64,000 nucleotides of DNA from an uncultured virus (IMG/VR IMGVR_UViG_3300005961_000014) (IMGVR_UViG_3300005961_000014:1-64000); one strand, 5' to 3'. Shown: positions 10,454 through 20,405, counted from the first letter of the stretch. The notes: generated by a model from the letters alone, not told the origin. Made by a program: numbers and translations.

Positions 10454-10887
10454 AAACGAAACGTGCGTTTATCATCGATGCCGTAATCCGGTATATCAGC
10501 GAAGGGGGTCAGACGCCATACGTGGTTGTTGACGCGGGTCATCCGGATGTCATAGTTCCGGATGAATATGTCCAGAATGGCTTCATTACCCTGAACATAT
10601 CGCCGCGGTCCGTTCACAACTATGAATTAGGAGATGATGGATTACGATTTAGCGCGCGTTTCAACCGAGTATCGCGTTTCATTTCGGTGCCTTTGAGTGC
10701 TATCTGCTCCATTTTCCCGAAGGAAGACATTCGGGATAGCATTGTTTTCGTGAAAATCGAAGACACGCATTTTAGCGGCACATTCACGGACGAGTTTGAA
10801 CAACCAGCGGTGCAAGAAATTGCGCCCCCTGTAGTAAGAACCAAACCTACGTTGTCAATTGTGAAGGTGGAGAAACCTCATGAATAA
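10450..10887 (+). CDS. sspB: Stringent starvation protein B (ClpXP adaptor) homologue
   Basis: TPYVVVDA..PDVIVP.EYVQNG.I.LNISP..V, FSARF, VPL.AI; C-terminal KPTLSIVK resembles the ClpX-binding RPALRVVK tail. Confidence 0.85.
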   Translation: MKTKRAFIIDAVIRYISEGGQTPYVVVDAGHPDVIVPDEYVQNGFITLNISPRSVHNYELGDDGLRFSARFNRVSRFISVPLSAICSIFPKEDIRDSIVFVKIEDTHFSGTFTDEFEQPAVQEIAPPVVRTKPTLSIVKVEKPHE

Positions 10888-11674
10888 GCTGACCTTGCTG
10901 CAAGCGCTTTTAAAACGCGGTGATTTTAAGAACTTGATTTGCTTGTGCTCTTTCGAGCTGGATGGCAATATCGAGATGCTGCCAGGTTTCCGCGAGTCTC
11001 TGTCACAGATGCTGCCATCGATCACCACGATTACGATTTCGCGCGATAGTACCGGCGATACCAATCATGGTAGCAACTTGTTCGTGACGCTCACTGCTCA
11101 CAAATCCATCACCGCGACGTTTATCCTACCCGATCATGTCTATATCGACACGCTGGCCGCCATTGAGCGCACCATGCGAGATACGATGGCGGGTAATCGA
11201 CTCCGGCGACCGGATGGGGTCTCAGCTAACTACAATGATCTGGTGATGGCCTCCATCATGAAATCTTGTTCGGAAGACGATATCGATTCCGACTTCTGTG
11301 ATTTCCTGATTGATCAGAAATCGTTTACGCTGTCTATCTCGGAACATGGTGTGTCTGTCGCTGGATACGACAATCAGGATAAGGGATTCTCTGGGGATAC
11401 GTCCTCTGGTGAACGTATCTATCGTGACCGTGTGAGCATCACTTCGCTGGACCCCGTCGAGAATCCGCTTATCTTTAGTCCGTACACGGGAGTGCGGTTT
11501 GATACGGATAAACGCACCGCGGAATCTGTACGAACTGTAAACCCACTGGGTGTGTGGCGGTATAACCCATGGACCGGCGAGTCGCGTTCCTCTGATGAAA
11601 TTCTGACTGACCCGGTGGGGTGTAACCTGAACGGTGGAGCTGCTGAGACCGAGTCTCACAACGCGGTGGGATAA
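10880..11674 (+). CDS. Hypothetical protein with C-terminal WRYNPWTG module
   Basis: 264 aa ORF; module shared with the 12067 ORF. Confidence 0.65.
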   Translation: MNKLTLLQALLKRGDFKNLICLCSFELDGNIEMLPGFRESLSQMLPSITTITISRDSTGDTNHGSNLFVTLTAHKSITATFILPDHVYIDTLAAIERTMRDTMAGNRLRRPDGVSANYNDLVMASIMKSCSEDDIDSDFCDFLIDQKSFTLSISEHGVSVAGYDNQDKGFSGDTSSGERIYRDRVSITSLDPVENPLIFSPYTGVRFDTDKRTAESVRTVNPLGVWRYNPWTGESRSSDEILTDPVGCNLNGGAAETESHNAVG

Positions 11675-11680
11675 GGTGAT

Positions 11681-12055
11681 TTGATGAACTCATTATTACT
11701 AGCGGGCGTTGCTACCTTTTCCATGGTGTTTCTGAGAGGGTTTCAGCAGAAGAATGTTCACGGCAATCACTACATATCAGCAGCGGTCACATCCGCTGCG
11801 ATGTGTGTTGCTGATATCACTGTGGTGCTCTTTGCGGTTCAAAAGGGGTGGGTGGTTTTACCGTACACCGTTACTGGAGGAGTGATCGGAATCGTAGGCT
11901 CCATGTGGATTCATGACAAATTGACCACATGGTTCAAACAGCGAAAGGTTAAGGTACAGGGGCATTCTAAGCATCTGGGGGTGTTGGTACAAACCTCCTC
12001 ATCGTGTATGGAATGCGGAAAGACACGTAAAGATTGCGAATGCGATCGCTGGTAG
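11681..12055 (+). CDS. Small membrane protein with C-terminal Cys cluster
   Basis: Three hydrophobic segments; CMEC..CEC at the end. Confidence 0.65.
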   Translation: MMNSLLLAGVATFSMVFLRGFQQKNVHGNHYISAAVTSAAMCVADITVVLFAVQKGWVVLPYTVTGGVIGIVGSMWIHDKLTTWFKQRKVKVQGHSKHLGVLVQTSSSCMECGKTRKDCECDRW

Positions 12056-12066
12056 GGGGAACTCTC

Positions 12067-12579
12067 ATGAAACCGATGCTGTATGATCCAAAAACGGGGG
12101 TGGCGTTTGGGTGCGAGCCGGATATTTATCGGAATAAGTTCCTGAACGCTGTATGGCGATACAATCCGTGGACGGGAATTGAAAGAACCAGCGCTGCGAT
12201 AGCCAGTGACCCGCGTGGGTATGTTTTGGAAACAAAGTCGGAACTGCATACCCATCCCGAAACAATGGATGGGTTGTTGAAACTCATTGAGGGCACCTTT
12301 GCGTGGGCTATACTTATGCTTGAGCGCGGTAAGCGTGTCCGTATGCATGAATGGCGGGACAAGGGTACCTGGGTCATGTTGGTTAAGGGTGCGGTTTTGT
12401 TTCCGGATGATCATCCGTTCTCTGAAGTTCGGCGTTTGGCGGCCAAACGCAGGCGTCATGAAAGCGTGCAAAACACCTTCGTGTACTATACGAAGGATGG
12501 GAATTTTCACTACGGATGGATTCCGACCCATTGCGTTATGCTTTCAAAGACTTGGGAACTTGTTCCCGAAGGAGAGTAG
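12067..12579 (+). CDS. WRYNPWTG module fused to a DUF2829/Tad2-like domain
   Basis: TFAWAILMLERGKRVRMHEWRDKG...GWIPTHCVMLSKTWELV fits the DUF2829 pattern F..A...L..GK.V.R..W...W......D.L..DW. Confidence 0.6.
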   Translation: MKPMLYDPKTGVAFGCEPDIYRNKFLNAVWRYNPWTGIERTSAAIASDPRGYVLETKSELHTHPETMDGLLKLIEGTFAWAILMLERGKRVRMHEWRDKGTWVMLVKGAVLFPDDHPFSEVRRLAAKRRRHESVQNTFVYYTKDGNFHYGWIPTHCVMLSKTWELVPEGE

Positions 12580-12580
12580 A

Positions 12581-13030
12581 ATGAACGTGTTGATAATGGA
12601 TTCAAGGGGTGATAAACTTACTCGCCTGCTTGGAAAGGTGTTGAAACTTTGTATGGATGAACAGCATCGCCGGTATGGGGTGCAAACATTTGTTACTGAC
12701 CTGAAGGATGTGCTAACATTCGGGCTTAGTGATAAGGTCATCCTGACTTCGTATGCTCCGGAATACCTGTCAAAGATCTATAGTCTCCCCAATGCGGACC
12801 GAGTGAGATACGAAGGGTTCTTCCCGGAAGATGTTCTTTTGGTCGCTCCACCTCGGATGGCTAGCTCCATGGTCGTTCATGATGCCAAGATGCTGTTTGA
12901 GCCATGGACTACCACAAAGAACCGGTCACAAGCTGATGGAGCGCTGGTCCGTGAAACATGCTCTTGGCAATACATGCCGTCGGAGGATGATAAGTCGGTG
13001 TTGGCGCAACACGGTATTCCACTACCATGA
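12581..13030 (+). CDS. Hypothetical protein
   Basis: GGAGAG RBS, ATG 12581. Confidence 0.6.
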   Translation: MNVLIMDSRGDKLTRLLGKVLKLCMDEQHRRYGVQTFVTDLKDVLTFGLSDKVILTSYAPEYLSKIYSLPNADRVRYEGFFPEDVLLVAPPRMASSMVVHDAKMLFEPWTTTKNRSQADGALVRETCSWQYMPSEDDKSVLAQHGIPLP

Positions 13031-13326
13031 TCATCGCCATCGACTACGATGAGACCTATGACATGGACTTTGACTTGTGGGAGGCATTTGCCGTGCATGC
13101 TGCAAGTCGAGGACACCGTGTCATCTGTACGACCGCACGACATCAACCGCCGGGTACCTTTGATCGCAGGGAACGTATACCTTCTTTCGAGGTCTTCTGC
13201 ACGCAGAACCAACAGAAGCGTCCTTTCATGGAAGCGCTGGGGATTAAGGTTGATATCTGGATTGATGATCATCCGGAGTCTATCGCGAGTTATGCGGAAT
13301 CGGGAGGTCTCTTGCTGCCTCGGTAA
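13027..13326 (+). CDS. Minimal HAD-superfamily hydrolase
   Basis: Motif I IAIDYDETY, motif II CTTAR, motif IV WIDD. Confidence 0.75.
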   Translation: MIIAIDYDETYDMDFDLWEAFAVHAASRGHRVICTTARHQPPGTFDRRERIPSFEVFCTQNQQKRPFMEALGIKVDIWIDDHPESIASYAESGGLLLPR

Positions 13327-13369
13327 GCGCCATTTTATGTACCTGTCCCACTCGCACTAGGAGCCCAGT

Positions 13370-13801
13370 ATGGCTATCCAATATATCTTTGACAGCGCCA
13401 AGGTTCGATCCAAACTGGATGCCTCCCTTGTGGAGAACACCATTGCGCTAACCACCAGTATTCGTCAGTTCTTCGACAATAACGGAACTCCCAACAACCA
13501 CGCTCTGACCGTGTGGGGGCATCGCTCTGCGATTCTTCCCAATATGGGAATTTCGATCAGTGTCTCTGATGAAGGGGCGTTGGGTGTCTCTGAAGATACT
13601 CAAATGATTGTTACGCTGTACATGGATGACGGTGCGTTCTATGAATCGTTTTCAAACGATCAAGGCGAAGCATCAAACGGACCATCGTGCGTACCGCGCG
13701 TTAAGGAGCGTTTTCTGCAACTGGTGGGGGAGATGACCGAACTTTATAGCACCCTATCCGCGTTCCCAGCGGGTACAACTCGGTTGGTGAAAACCGCATA
13801 A
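13370..13801 (+). CDS. Hypothetical protein
   Basis: AGGAG RBS; 143 aa. Confidence 0.65.
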   Translation: MAIQYIFDSAKVRSKLDASLVENTIALTTSIRQFFDNNGTPNNHALTVWGHRSAILPNMGISISVSDEGALGVSEDTQMIVTLYMDDGAFYESFSNDQGEASNGPSCVPRVKERFLQLVGEMTELYSTLSAFPAGTTRLVKTA

Positions 13802-13842
13802 AACGAGGAGGCTTAGGCCTCCTCGTATGCCTTCATTATTTT

Positions 13843-13864
13843 TTACATACACACTACTGATGTG
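13843..13864 (+). promoter_or_regulatory. Putative phage early promoter motif
   Basis: TTACATACACACTACTGATGTG following a terminator. Confidence 0.5.
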
Positions 13865-13890
13865 AATATCAACGACGTGGAGAAACGTTC

Positions 13891-15231
13891 ATGAGCAACA
13901 AACAGGTGTTTACCAACAACGGATCCGTCCGTACGGCATTCTCGGGTAAAGCTGTTCCGGCCTATGCCTGCTGGAAGAAGATTGAAACGATGACCAAGGG
14001 AGACGAGCGATGGAAAGTCGATCCGGTCTTTCTGGAATATAGTTCGTTCCACAGGTGGCATACTGCGCGGGGAACAACGGACGGGTTAGTCATCGCATAT
14101 AACTGCGTTGGTTATGACGATTACCGGATTGGTCCTGATGTATCAGCGATGTTGCCGAAGCCGGTGTGGCAGGCACTGCTATCCAAAAAGCCGGGGTTGA
14201 CTCCCACACAACGGCTGGAGATCTTGAGAGCTGTCATGCGGGAGTATGAAGGTTTCTTCAAGATCATTCCCAAGATTCGCACGCTGCTTTGGGATTACCG
14301 GTATGAGCCTGAAGAAGCCACAGAGTCTTCTGAAACGGGTAATGTTGCTGCTGACCCTTATGCCGCTATTACGGTTGCCATTGCCGAGAAGGTTAATTAC
14401 GACTACGATACGCTGTCAGACGATGTGCTGTTCCAGTTGTACTTTGATCTTCAAGAATCACTGGTGGTAGAAGCTTCGAGGATTCGTATTCCGGCTTGGG
14501 TGCATCTCTATTCCCGCATTCTGGAAGCGGTGAAGTCGGTTCCTATGCCGAAACCTGCTGAGCCTGAAAAGCCGCTGACTGTGGAAGAACAGGTAGTGGA
14601 GCTGACTCGCGATGTCAAGATGGTCACGGATTCCATGGGGGAGTTTGAAACTCGTCTGGACAAACTGGTTGAGATGATTAAACCCTCCACGATTACCGAG
14701 ATTGGTAAATCCGTTGCACAGTTTCGTAACTCGGTAAATGGGTTAGAGTTGCGGATGATGGGAATTGTGGAAGCAGCTAAGAAGGAAAATGCTCAATACG
14801 ACATGGTGCTCACATCGCTTGTGAATCGTATCAAGCATCTTGAAGATCTTCAGCTGGAAAAGATGGAACCTCCTAAGGTTTCTGTTGAACCGGCGAAGGA
14901 TGACAAGCCTGAAGCGCCGATTGCTACCAAGGTGAAGCCTGACGTGAAGACGTTGCCCGAGGTTGTCATTGTCGGTTTAGTTCCAGAAACCGCGCAGCGG
15001 GTTAGCAAGGAATACAATGGTCGTATTAACTTGATCATTCTTCCGTTGAACGTGGATAACAAGCGGCTGAAAGCTGTCTGTAAGGATCGTAATGTCCTGC
15101 TGATGACTGCCTTTTCCGGCCACAGTATCACCAACACCATCAAGTCGGTAACTAACAAGGTGACAACCGTGGGTAACGGTGTTACTTCTCTTACCCGAGA
15201 GTTGGATACGTACTTACCACTGGCGCAGTAA
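13891..15231 (+). CDS. Hypothetical coiled-coil protein with C-terminal alpha/beta (DUF2325-like) domain
   Basis: 446 aa; heptad region; VVIVG...LLMTAFSGH...G.TSL pattern. Confidence 0.6.
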   Translation: MSNKQVFTNNGSVRTAFSGKAVPAYACWKKIETMTKGDERWKVDPVFLEYSSFHRWHTARGTTDGLVIAYNCVGYDDYRIGPDVSAMLPKPVWQALLSKKPGLTPTQRLEILRAVMREYEGFFKIIPKIRTLLWDYRYEPEEATESSETGNVAADPYAAITVAIAEKVNYDYDTLSDDVLFQLYFDLQESLVVEASRIRIPAWVHLYSRILEAVKSVPMPKPAEPEKPLTVEEQVVELTRDVKMVTDSMGEFETRLDKLVEMIKPSTITEIGKSVAQFRNSVNGLELRMMGIVEAAKKENAQYDMVLTSLVNRIKHLEDLQLEKMEPPKVSVEPAKDDKPEAPIATKVKPDVKTLPEVVIVGLVPETAQRVSKEYNGRINLIILPLNVDNKRLKAVCKDRNVLLMTAFSGHSITNTIKSVTNKVTTVGNGVTSLTRELDTYLPLAQ

Positions 15232-15251
15232 TAACACACAGGAGAATCACC

Positions 15252-15707
15252 ATGCAAGCTGATCACCCATTGACTCGTCAGGAAGTCATTGATCGTTACA
15301 AGGCCATGTGCGAGGCCTACAAGCTGGCTCCCGGTCAGGTCTGGCTGGGGGGAGGAAGCGCTCTCATCATTCATGGACTGCGAGAAACTACCATGGATTT
15401 GGACGCTGGCTGCACAGCCGGCACCATGCGTGTGCTGGAAGATAACTTAAAGATGTCCGCATCCCGCAAAACGGTTTCGGAAGGTTACATCGAAGACTGC
15501 ATGCTTCTTCCGATACCGGAGTTCGATACGGATCTCCATACAGAAGCTGGTACTACCTGGGAAGATCTGGAGTCCATCGATGGGGTTCGTGTTTACACCC
15601 TCGAAGCCTGCTTGCGTCAGAAGCGCCGGTTGTTGGAACGACTGGGGCGTGAGAAGGACCAGAAAGATATCGACGCTATTTTGGCAGCGATGGGTGGTTC
15701 AGAATGA
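15252..15707 (+). CDS. Nucleotidyltransferase-fold protein
   Basis: LGGGSALIIHGLRETTMDLD (GG.A...G..R.T.D.D) and C-terminal REKD..D. Confidence 0.65.
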   Translation: MQADHPLTRQEVIDRYKAMCEAYKLAPGQVWLGGGSALIIHGLRETTMDLDAGCTAGTMRVLEDNLKMSASRKTVSEGYIEDCMLLPIPEFDTDLHTEAGTTWEDLESIDGVRVYTLEACLRQKRRLLERLGREKDQKDIDAILAAMGGSE

Positions 15708-15958
15708 CTGCACTTATAACGGCAGAAAAACCCCTAAGCGTGCGAGACACTACGCGCTTAGGGAGTATGCGTCGTGAACACGGTGCAAGTAAGGGGTTAG
15801 CTCTGGAGTTTGAAAAGGAGTTAGCTGCAAAGTTCAAAATCCCCGTAGAAGGTGGGGCGTACCGGATTGTTCTGGTACCGCCCAATGCTACGGCCACACA
15901 AGAGCAGCGTATGCATTTGCAGTGGTATGCTGATTCTCTGGAGAAGACAAATGTCTGA
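15704..15958 (+). CDS. Hypothetical protein
   Basis: Overlapping start/stop coupling with neighbours. Confidence 0.55.
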   Translation: MTALITAEKPLSVRDTTRLGSMRREHGASKGLALEFEKELAAKFKIPVEGGAYRIVLVPPNATATQEQRMHLQWYADSLEKTNV

Positions 15959-16454
15959 CGTTACTTTGTATGATTTGTTTGAAGAAAAAGGGATAACCTT
16001 TAATAACGGTGGTGGTGACACCGAAAGTGATGTGTGTATTGAGTTTAAATACTCAGACCACGATCAGGATCCTGGTGTTGTGGCTGTTGCGAAACTCTGG
16101 ATTGATGATCCGGCTTTCATGGATGAATTGTTTGACGAAGGCGCGCAGTTCTTGGGTGAGCATTTTGACCACATCTTCGACATGCCGGACCATGAAATAA
16201 ACGCCGAATTGGACAAGCTGATGGTTCCGCTTCACGCACAGTCTAAGCCCGGTGTTACGGGTCAGCGACTGACGACTTCGCCGGTTCCTGATCACTTCTG
16301 GACGTTCGCGGCATACACCGTTGAAGATGAAACTACTCACGTACTCTGGGTTGCCTTTGGTGCGCAGAACTTGACAACAGATACTGTCAAAGAGATCGCG
16401 GGTAAGTTTGCGGAAGAACATCTGCTGAATCGCCAAGCCCCAGTTGCTCACTGA
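15951..16454 (+). CDS. Hypothetical acidic protein
   Basis: GGAGA RBS, ATG 15951. Confidence 0.65.
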   Translation: MSDVTLYDLFEEKGITFNNGGGDTESDVCIEFKYSDHDQDPGVVAVAKLWIDDPAFMDELFDEGAQFLGEHFDHIFDMPDHEINAELDKLMVPLHAQSKPGVTGQRLTTSPVPDHFWTFAAYTVEDETTHVLWVAFGAQNLTTDTVKEIAGKFAEEHLLNRQAPVAH

Positions 16455-16514
16455 GCAACGTAGTAAGGAAAGGGAGCAATCCCTTTTCTTTTTTGTCTCT
16501 AAATGCAGTTTTTT

Positions 16515-16537
16515 TCAGATACATATCACTTAGGTAG
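16515..16537 (+). promoter_or_regulatory. Putative phage early promoter
   Basis: TCAGATACATATCACTTAGGTAG after a T-tract; near-identical copies at 35621 and 51141. Confidence 0.6.
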
Positions 16538-16588
16538 AGAAGTGAGAATATCTCTCACACTAACCACGCCCGAAGGAGGGCAAAGAAA

Positions 16589-16927
16589 ATGGCAATTATC
16601 CATGCTGGCAATACTCGCGATGGGCGGTATCAGCCTATCTGCTTCACTGACCTAGACTCCGTTGCTATCCGCAATGGTAAGGTCCTCGGCCATGCGATCC
16701 GTCTGGAGGACGGCGACGTGGTGGTCACGCGACACCCCGCTGAGATCGCTCACGGTGACATCGACATTCCGCTCAACGGTGTTTACTTCACCAAAGGCGT
16801 TTTCCCCGCCTGTCATCTTAATGGATTGATTGAGCGTATCCAGCCGGAGGAAGCCTGTGGGCTTCTGTACCTTGGCGGGATTGACGCGAAATCCAGCCGG
16901 CTGTTTGCCCGGCTGGATGAGGAGTAA
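16589..16927 (+). CDS. Hypothetical protein (standalone early gene)
   Basis: AGGAGG RBS; own promoter motif and a UUCG-loop terminator. Confidence 0.7.
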   Translation: MAIIHAGNTRDGRYQPICFTDLDSVAIRNGKVLGHAIRLEDGDVVVTRHPAEIAHGDIDIPLNGVYFTKGVFPACHLNGLIERIQPEEACGLLYLGGIDAKSSRLFARLDEE

Positions 16928-16932
16928 CATCC

Positions 16933-16962
16933 GGGACCTTCGGGTCCCACTCTTTTTTTTTT
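16933..16962 (+). terminator. Intrinsic terminator
   Basis: GGGACC-TTCG-GGTCCC followed by a long T-run. Confidence 0.8.
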
Positions 16963-17010
16963 GGTATACGGCATAGAGGCTGGGCAACTGCCCAGCCTCT
17001 ATGTTGACCG

Positions 17011-17880
17011 TTAGGTCGGTTGCACCACAGTGCGCGCAGCATTCGCGATTTCTTCCGCGATGCCGGAATCCGCAGCCTTGACATCAGCCGAGATATCCTG
17101 CATGAACGCTTGACGCATGTTCGGGTTAGCACCCGTCAGACTCATCTGACTCAAGAACTTCTGAGCCAATTGGTTCACGCCTTGACCCACCATGGTTGTT
17201 GCCGTCCAGTTGAGTTGGATCTGGATCTTCTCACCTTCGGCAGTCGGATCTTTCTTTCCTTCAATCGGAGGCAACTCACCCATGGGAGCCATGTTACCCG
17301 ACAACCAGGCCTTGTCGATGCTGGTGAACGTGGCGTTCGGTTCAAAGAACAGAACCACCATCGATACATCGGACTGAAGCAGTTGAAGCGGTTTATCCGC
17401 CAAGGTAGAGATCAGCGGGGTTTGCGTATCGGCGCTACCCAGCAGCCATTCCACCCAGTAGTTGAAGAAGGTCGTCATCGGTCGACCCAGCAGTTCTGCC
17501 CCGTAGGTGAACTGAGGTTCGGACCGAGCACGACGAGTGCTCTTCCAGGCTTGAATCATTTCACCCGCCGGACCGAAGGGGGTGTCTTCGTAATCCGTGG
17601 TGAGTGTAGACTTCAGCCCTTCAATGGTTTGCGGCCACATTTCCACCAGTGCTTTCAACGTAGCGTTCAGTTTGTCAGCATTGGGGAGATACTTGAAGGC
17701 AGCAGGGGCACTGATCAGTCGAGCCACCAGATTACGACGAACGTACAGCGTGTTCGAAGCCATCTGGGTAAACTCGGGTTGAAAACCGAACTGACCACCC
17801 TGCTGAATGTCGACCATCGGGGTTCCACGACCAATGCCGTAGGCCTCTTGACCAAGAATCGTTCCAGCGATTCTGCTCAT
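17011..17880 (-). CDS. Tail tube / major virion protein (phiKZ gp30-like)
   Basis: 289 aa directly downstream of the sheath; GGQFG..P, IEGL.STL, GANP motifs; synteny. Confidence 0.7.
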   Translation of the reverse strand: MSRIAGTILGQEAYGIGRGTPMVDIQQGGQFGFQPEFTQMASNTLYVRRNLVARLISAPAAFKYLPNADKLNATLKALVEMWPQTIEGLKSTLTTDYEDTPFGPAGEMIQAWKSTRRARSEPQFTYGAELLGRPMTTFFNYWVEWLLGSADTQTPLISTLADKPLQLLQSDVSMVVLFFEPNATFTSIDKAWLSGNMAPMGELPPIEGKKDPTAEGEKIQIQLNWTATTMVGQGVNQLAQKFLSQMSLTGANPNMRQAFMQDISADVKAADSGIAEEIANAARTVVQPT

Positions 17881-17909
17881 AGCGTTCTCCAGAAGGAGGA
17901 ACTAACGGC

Positions 17910-20294
17910 TTACGCCGTCAGCTCCGACAGGTTATGGGATTCGACCGTCATGACACCCACCGTCTTCATGGTGTTGCCATAGATCTTCACCTTGGTGGAC
18001 CAGCGCCAGCCGAGCTGACGATCCGTCGAGGTGAAATAGGTTTCCGGCTCGAAGACAAAGTTGTTGTCAAAACGACCAGCCAGTGCTTCCGAGATCAGGG
18101 TATTACTGCGTTCAATGAACTGGTCTTCCGTCAGGCTGCTGTTACCCGTCAGACGAGCCCAGACGCGCTGGCACACCAGCTCCACTTCACAACAAGCCAG
18201 CATCATCAGAGCGCTGTTCAGCACCGACGTATCGTCCGGATAGACGGTCTGTGACGACGGCCAGAAGACCTGCCGAGTATCAAACGATTGCACCCAGTTC
18301 AACCCCTGTTCCCAGTCGCTGTCGGCTTGATCGTCGTCACTGTAAACCACATTGATATCGCGGAAGAGCGACACAATGTTGCCAGGGTTTTCATCGAACC
18401 GCTGACCTGATGCCCAGCGACCATCCGCAGCACCCATATAGGCCGCCATCTTGTAACCCCGTTCGACGGACAGCGGGAGCAGTCCTGTGTACAACGAGTT
18501 ATTCAGATAGCCTGCTCGACCCCAGAATACCGCGCGGACACACGGAGTACCGTAGATTTCCGATTCCGGATAAGCTTGTGCCGTCTGACGCAGGATGCTG
18601 GCAATTGCGTTGTCCTCTGCCGCGGTGTTCAGCGGACGATAACTCCAGACATTCCCGCCAGCCGACGGATGCTGTGCGTCAGACCATTCAGCGATGGATT
18701 GCGGGGTCCAGAAAATGCCCACATCCTTCCGGCGTGAAACCGGAATGAGCATCTTCATCTTGGTAGACAGCGAGAATCCAGTATCATGGATACAGCGGAA
18801 GGGATACTTCAGCATATCCTTACCCGCCCAGCCTGTGGCTGCCACGTTGCCAAAGTTGGTGAGTTCAGCCGCGACCAACTGGTCATACAGCTTCAGGATG
18901 TTCAGCTTATCGGGCTTCCCATGGGAATCCAATGGCAGACCATCGTCACCACCCACTGCGAAGAGATCTGTATTCGGACCAATCAGTGCGCCACCAAAGT
19001 TGGTGGAAGCTTCCACGTCGAAGGTGTAATAGGGAACTCCGTACTGATCCTTACCCGTGAAGGGATTCAGCAGAGGACGATGTTCCGGAATCGGAGCGTT
19101 GGTGGTCGTCGCAAAGCGCCAGTTATCGCCGCGCGGGCTGAAGGTAGCCGTCGGAGTGATTTGCAACGGGATATAAGATTCGTCGTAAGCCCCTTCGCCG
19201 ATCGTCGGTGTACCCGTCCCGTTCGCGGTTTTGCGAACCATTTCGCCGCCATCCGCCAACAGTTGCAATACGGCAGCAATCTGAGAACGATAGACATGAA
19301 CGCGACCAAAGGGACCGTAGACCGGGTTGAAGCCCGACAGGTTCTTGGATTCGTAGCGATCAATGATGGCGCTGTCCACAGACAGATCCTGCGCGGTCAC
19401 GGGGTGCACGATGCCGTCCAAGAACGACAGATCGAGGTATTGGTCACCTGCAAGAGTTTCCTGCACCACAGAAGACGATACGGCGTCCGGTCGTTCAATC
19501 AGTGCAATCCGGTACAGGTAGGATTGAATCTGATTCATCAGTGTCGGATTTCCCGGCAGCAGATCCGCTGCGTTCGGAGCCCACAGGCGAACCCCGACGT
19601 TGTTGCCGTAATCACCGAAGGTTGAAACTTCCAAATCCATCCAAGGATAGACTTTGGACTTAACTGCCACACCGTCACCCGAGGCAGGATTGGTAAACAG
19701 TGTGGACAGCGGAGCGTTGGTTTCATCCAACGTGGTGGCGCCGTCGCGTACGTCACTGATGGTTGCCCCGCCACCAAATGCTTTCAGCGCATTCGTGGCA
19801 TACGGGGTCAGATCCGTGCGCCAGATCAGCCGCTGGCCGACCACATAGGTGGGAGTCGAGTCGACCAGGTGGGTTGCCTGGATACGTTGCCCCAGCGCGT
19901 TGTACTTGTAAGCCCCGGTACCGAGCTCACGTTCCCAAACGGGAACCAGTGCGGGAATGACTTCCACCGAGATCCGCAGCATAGCGGTCTTGGCGGCATC
20001 GGGCTTCAGGCGCTTCCACATGATCAGGTTGCCGGTACTGGTTTGCAGGTTGGCAAGAACCGTCGCATGGTTGGCGTATTTGCCTTGCAGGTCAACCGAC
20101 TTGCTACCGAAGAGTTGGTTAAACTCGTCGCTGATGGCAATATGAGGGGTGGTTGCATCGCCCCGCTCCATGAAGTGAAACACAAGGGGCAGGTGCTGCG
20201 GCAACAGTTCGGGAACAGGTGTAACTTGGGCGCGAGTGGTATCTCGGATACCTCTCAGAATTGCCCGCGGTGTAGCCTTGAGATTATCACTCAT
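17910..20294 (-). CDS. Tail sheath protein (phiKZ gp29-like)
   Basis: About 795 aa; PQHLPL, HDTGFS, QTVYPDDTSVLNS, C-terminal sheath fold; start moved to MSDNLK. Confidence 0.8.
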   Translation of the reverse strand: MSDNLKATPRAILRGIRDTTRAQVTPVPELLPQHLPLVFHFMERGDATTPHIAISDEFNQLFGSKSVDLQGKYANHATVLANLQTSTGNLIMWKRLKPDAAKTAMLRISVEVIPALVPVWERELGTGAYKYNALGQRIQATHLVDSTPTYVVGQRLIWRTDLTPYATNALKAFGGGATISDVRDGATTLDETNAPLSTLFTNPASGDGVAVKSKVYPWMDLEVSTFGDYGNNVGVRLWAPNAADLLPGNPTLMNQIQSYLYRIALIERPDAVSSSVVQETLAGDQYLDLSFLDGIVHPVTAQDLSVDSAIIDRYESKNLSGFNPVYGPFGRVHVYRSQIAAVLQLLADGGEMVRKTANGTGTPTIGEGAYDESYIPLQITPTATFSPRGDNWRFATTTNAPIPEHRPLLNPFTGKDQYGVPYYTFDVEASTNFGGALIGPNTDLFAVGGDDGLPLDSHGKPDKLNILKLYDQLVAAELTNFGNVAATGWAGKDMLKYPFRCIHDTGFSLSTKMKMLIPVSRRKDVGIFWTPQSIAEWSDAQHPSAGGNVWSYRPLNTAAEDNAIASILRQTAQAYPESEIYGTPCVRAVFWGRAGYLNNSLYTGLLPLSVERGYKMAAYMGAADGRWASGQRFDENPGNIVSLFRDINVVYSDDDQADSDWEQGLNWVQSFDTRQVFWPSSQTVYPDDTSVLNSALMMLACCEVELVCQRVWARLTGNSSLTEDQFIERSNTLISEALAGRFDNNFVFEPETYFTSTDRQLGWRWSTKVKIYGNTMKTVGVMTVESHNLSELTA

Positions 20295-20405
20295 GGGAGC
20301 ATGTCTCCATAGCGTTGCGGATTCTATGTACGATGTGTGGGTGGACACACATCATAATGTTAACTTCTACCGCCATTCATGCGGACAAACAGAGAGTGTG
20401 CAGTT

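Noticed and set aside
17020..20312. Plus-strand ORFs over the tail tube and sheath genes
   Set aside because: Antisense shadows of highly expressed structural genes.
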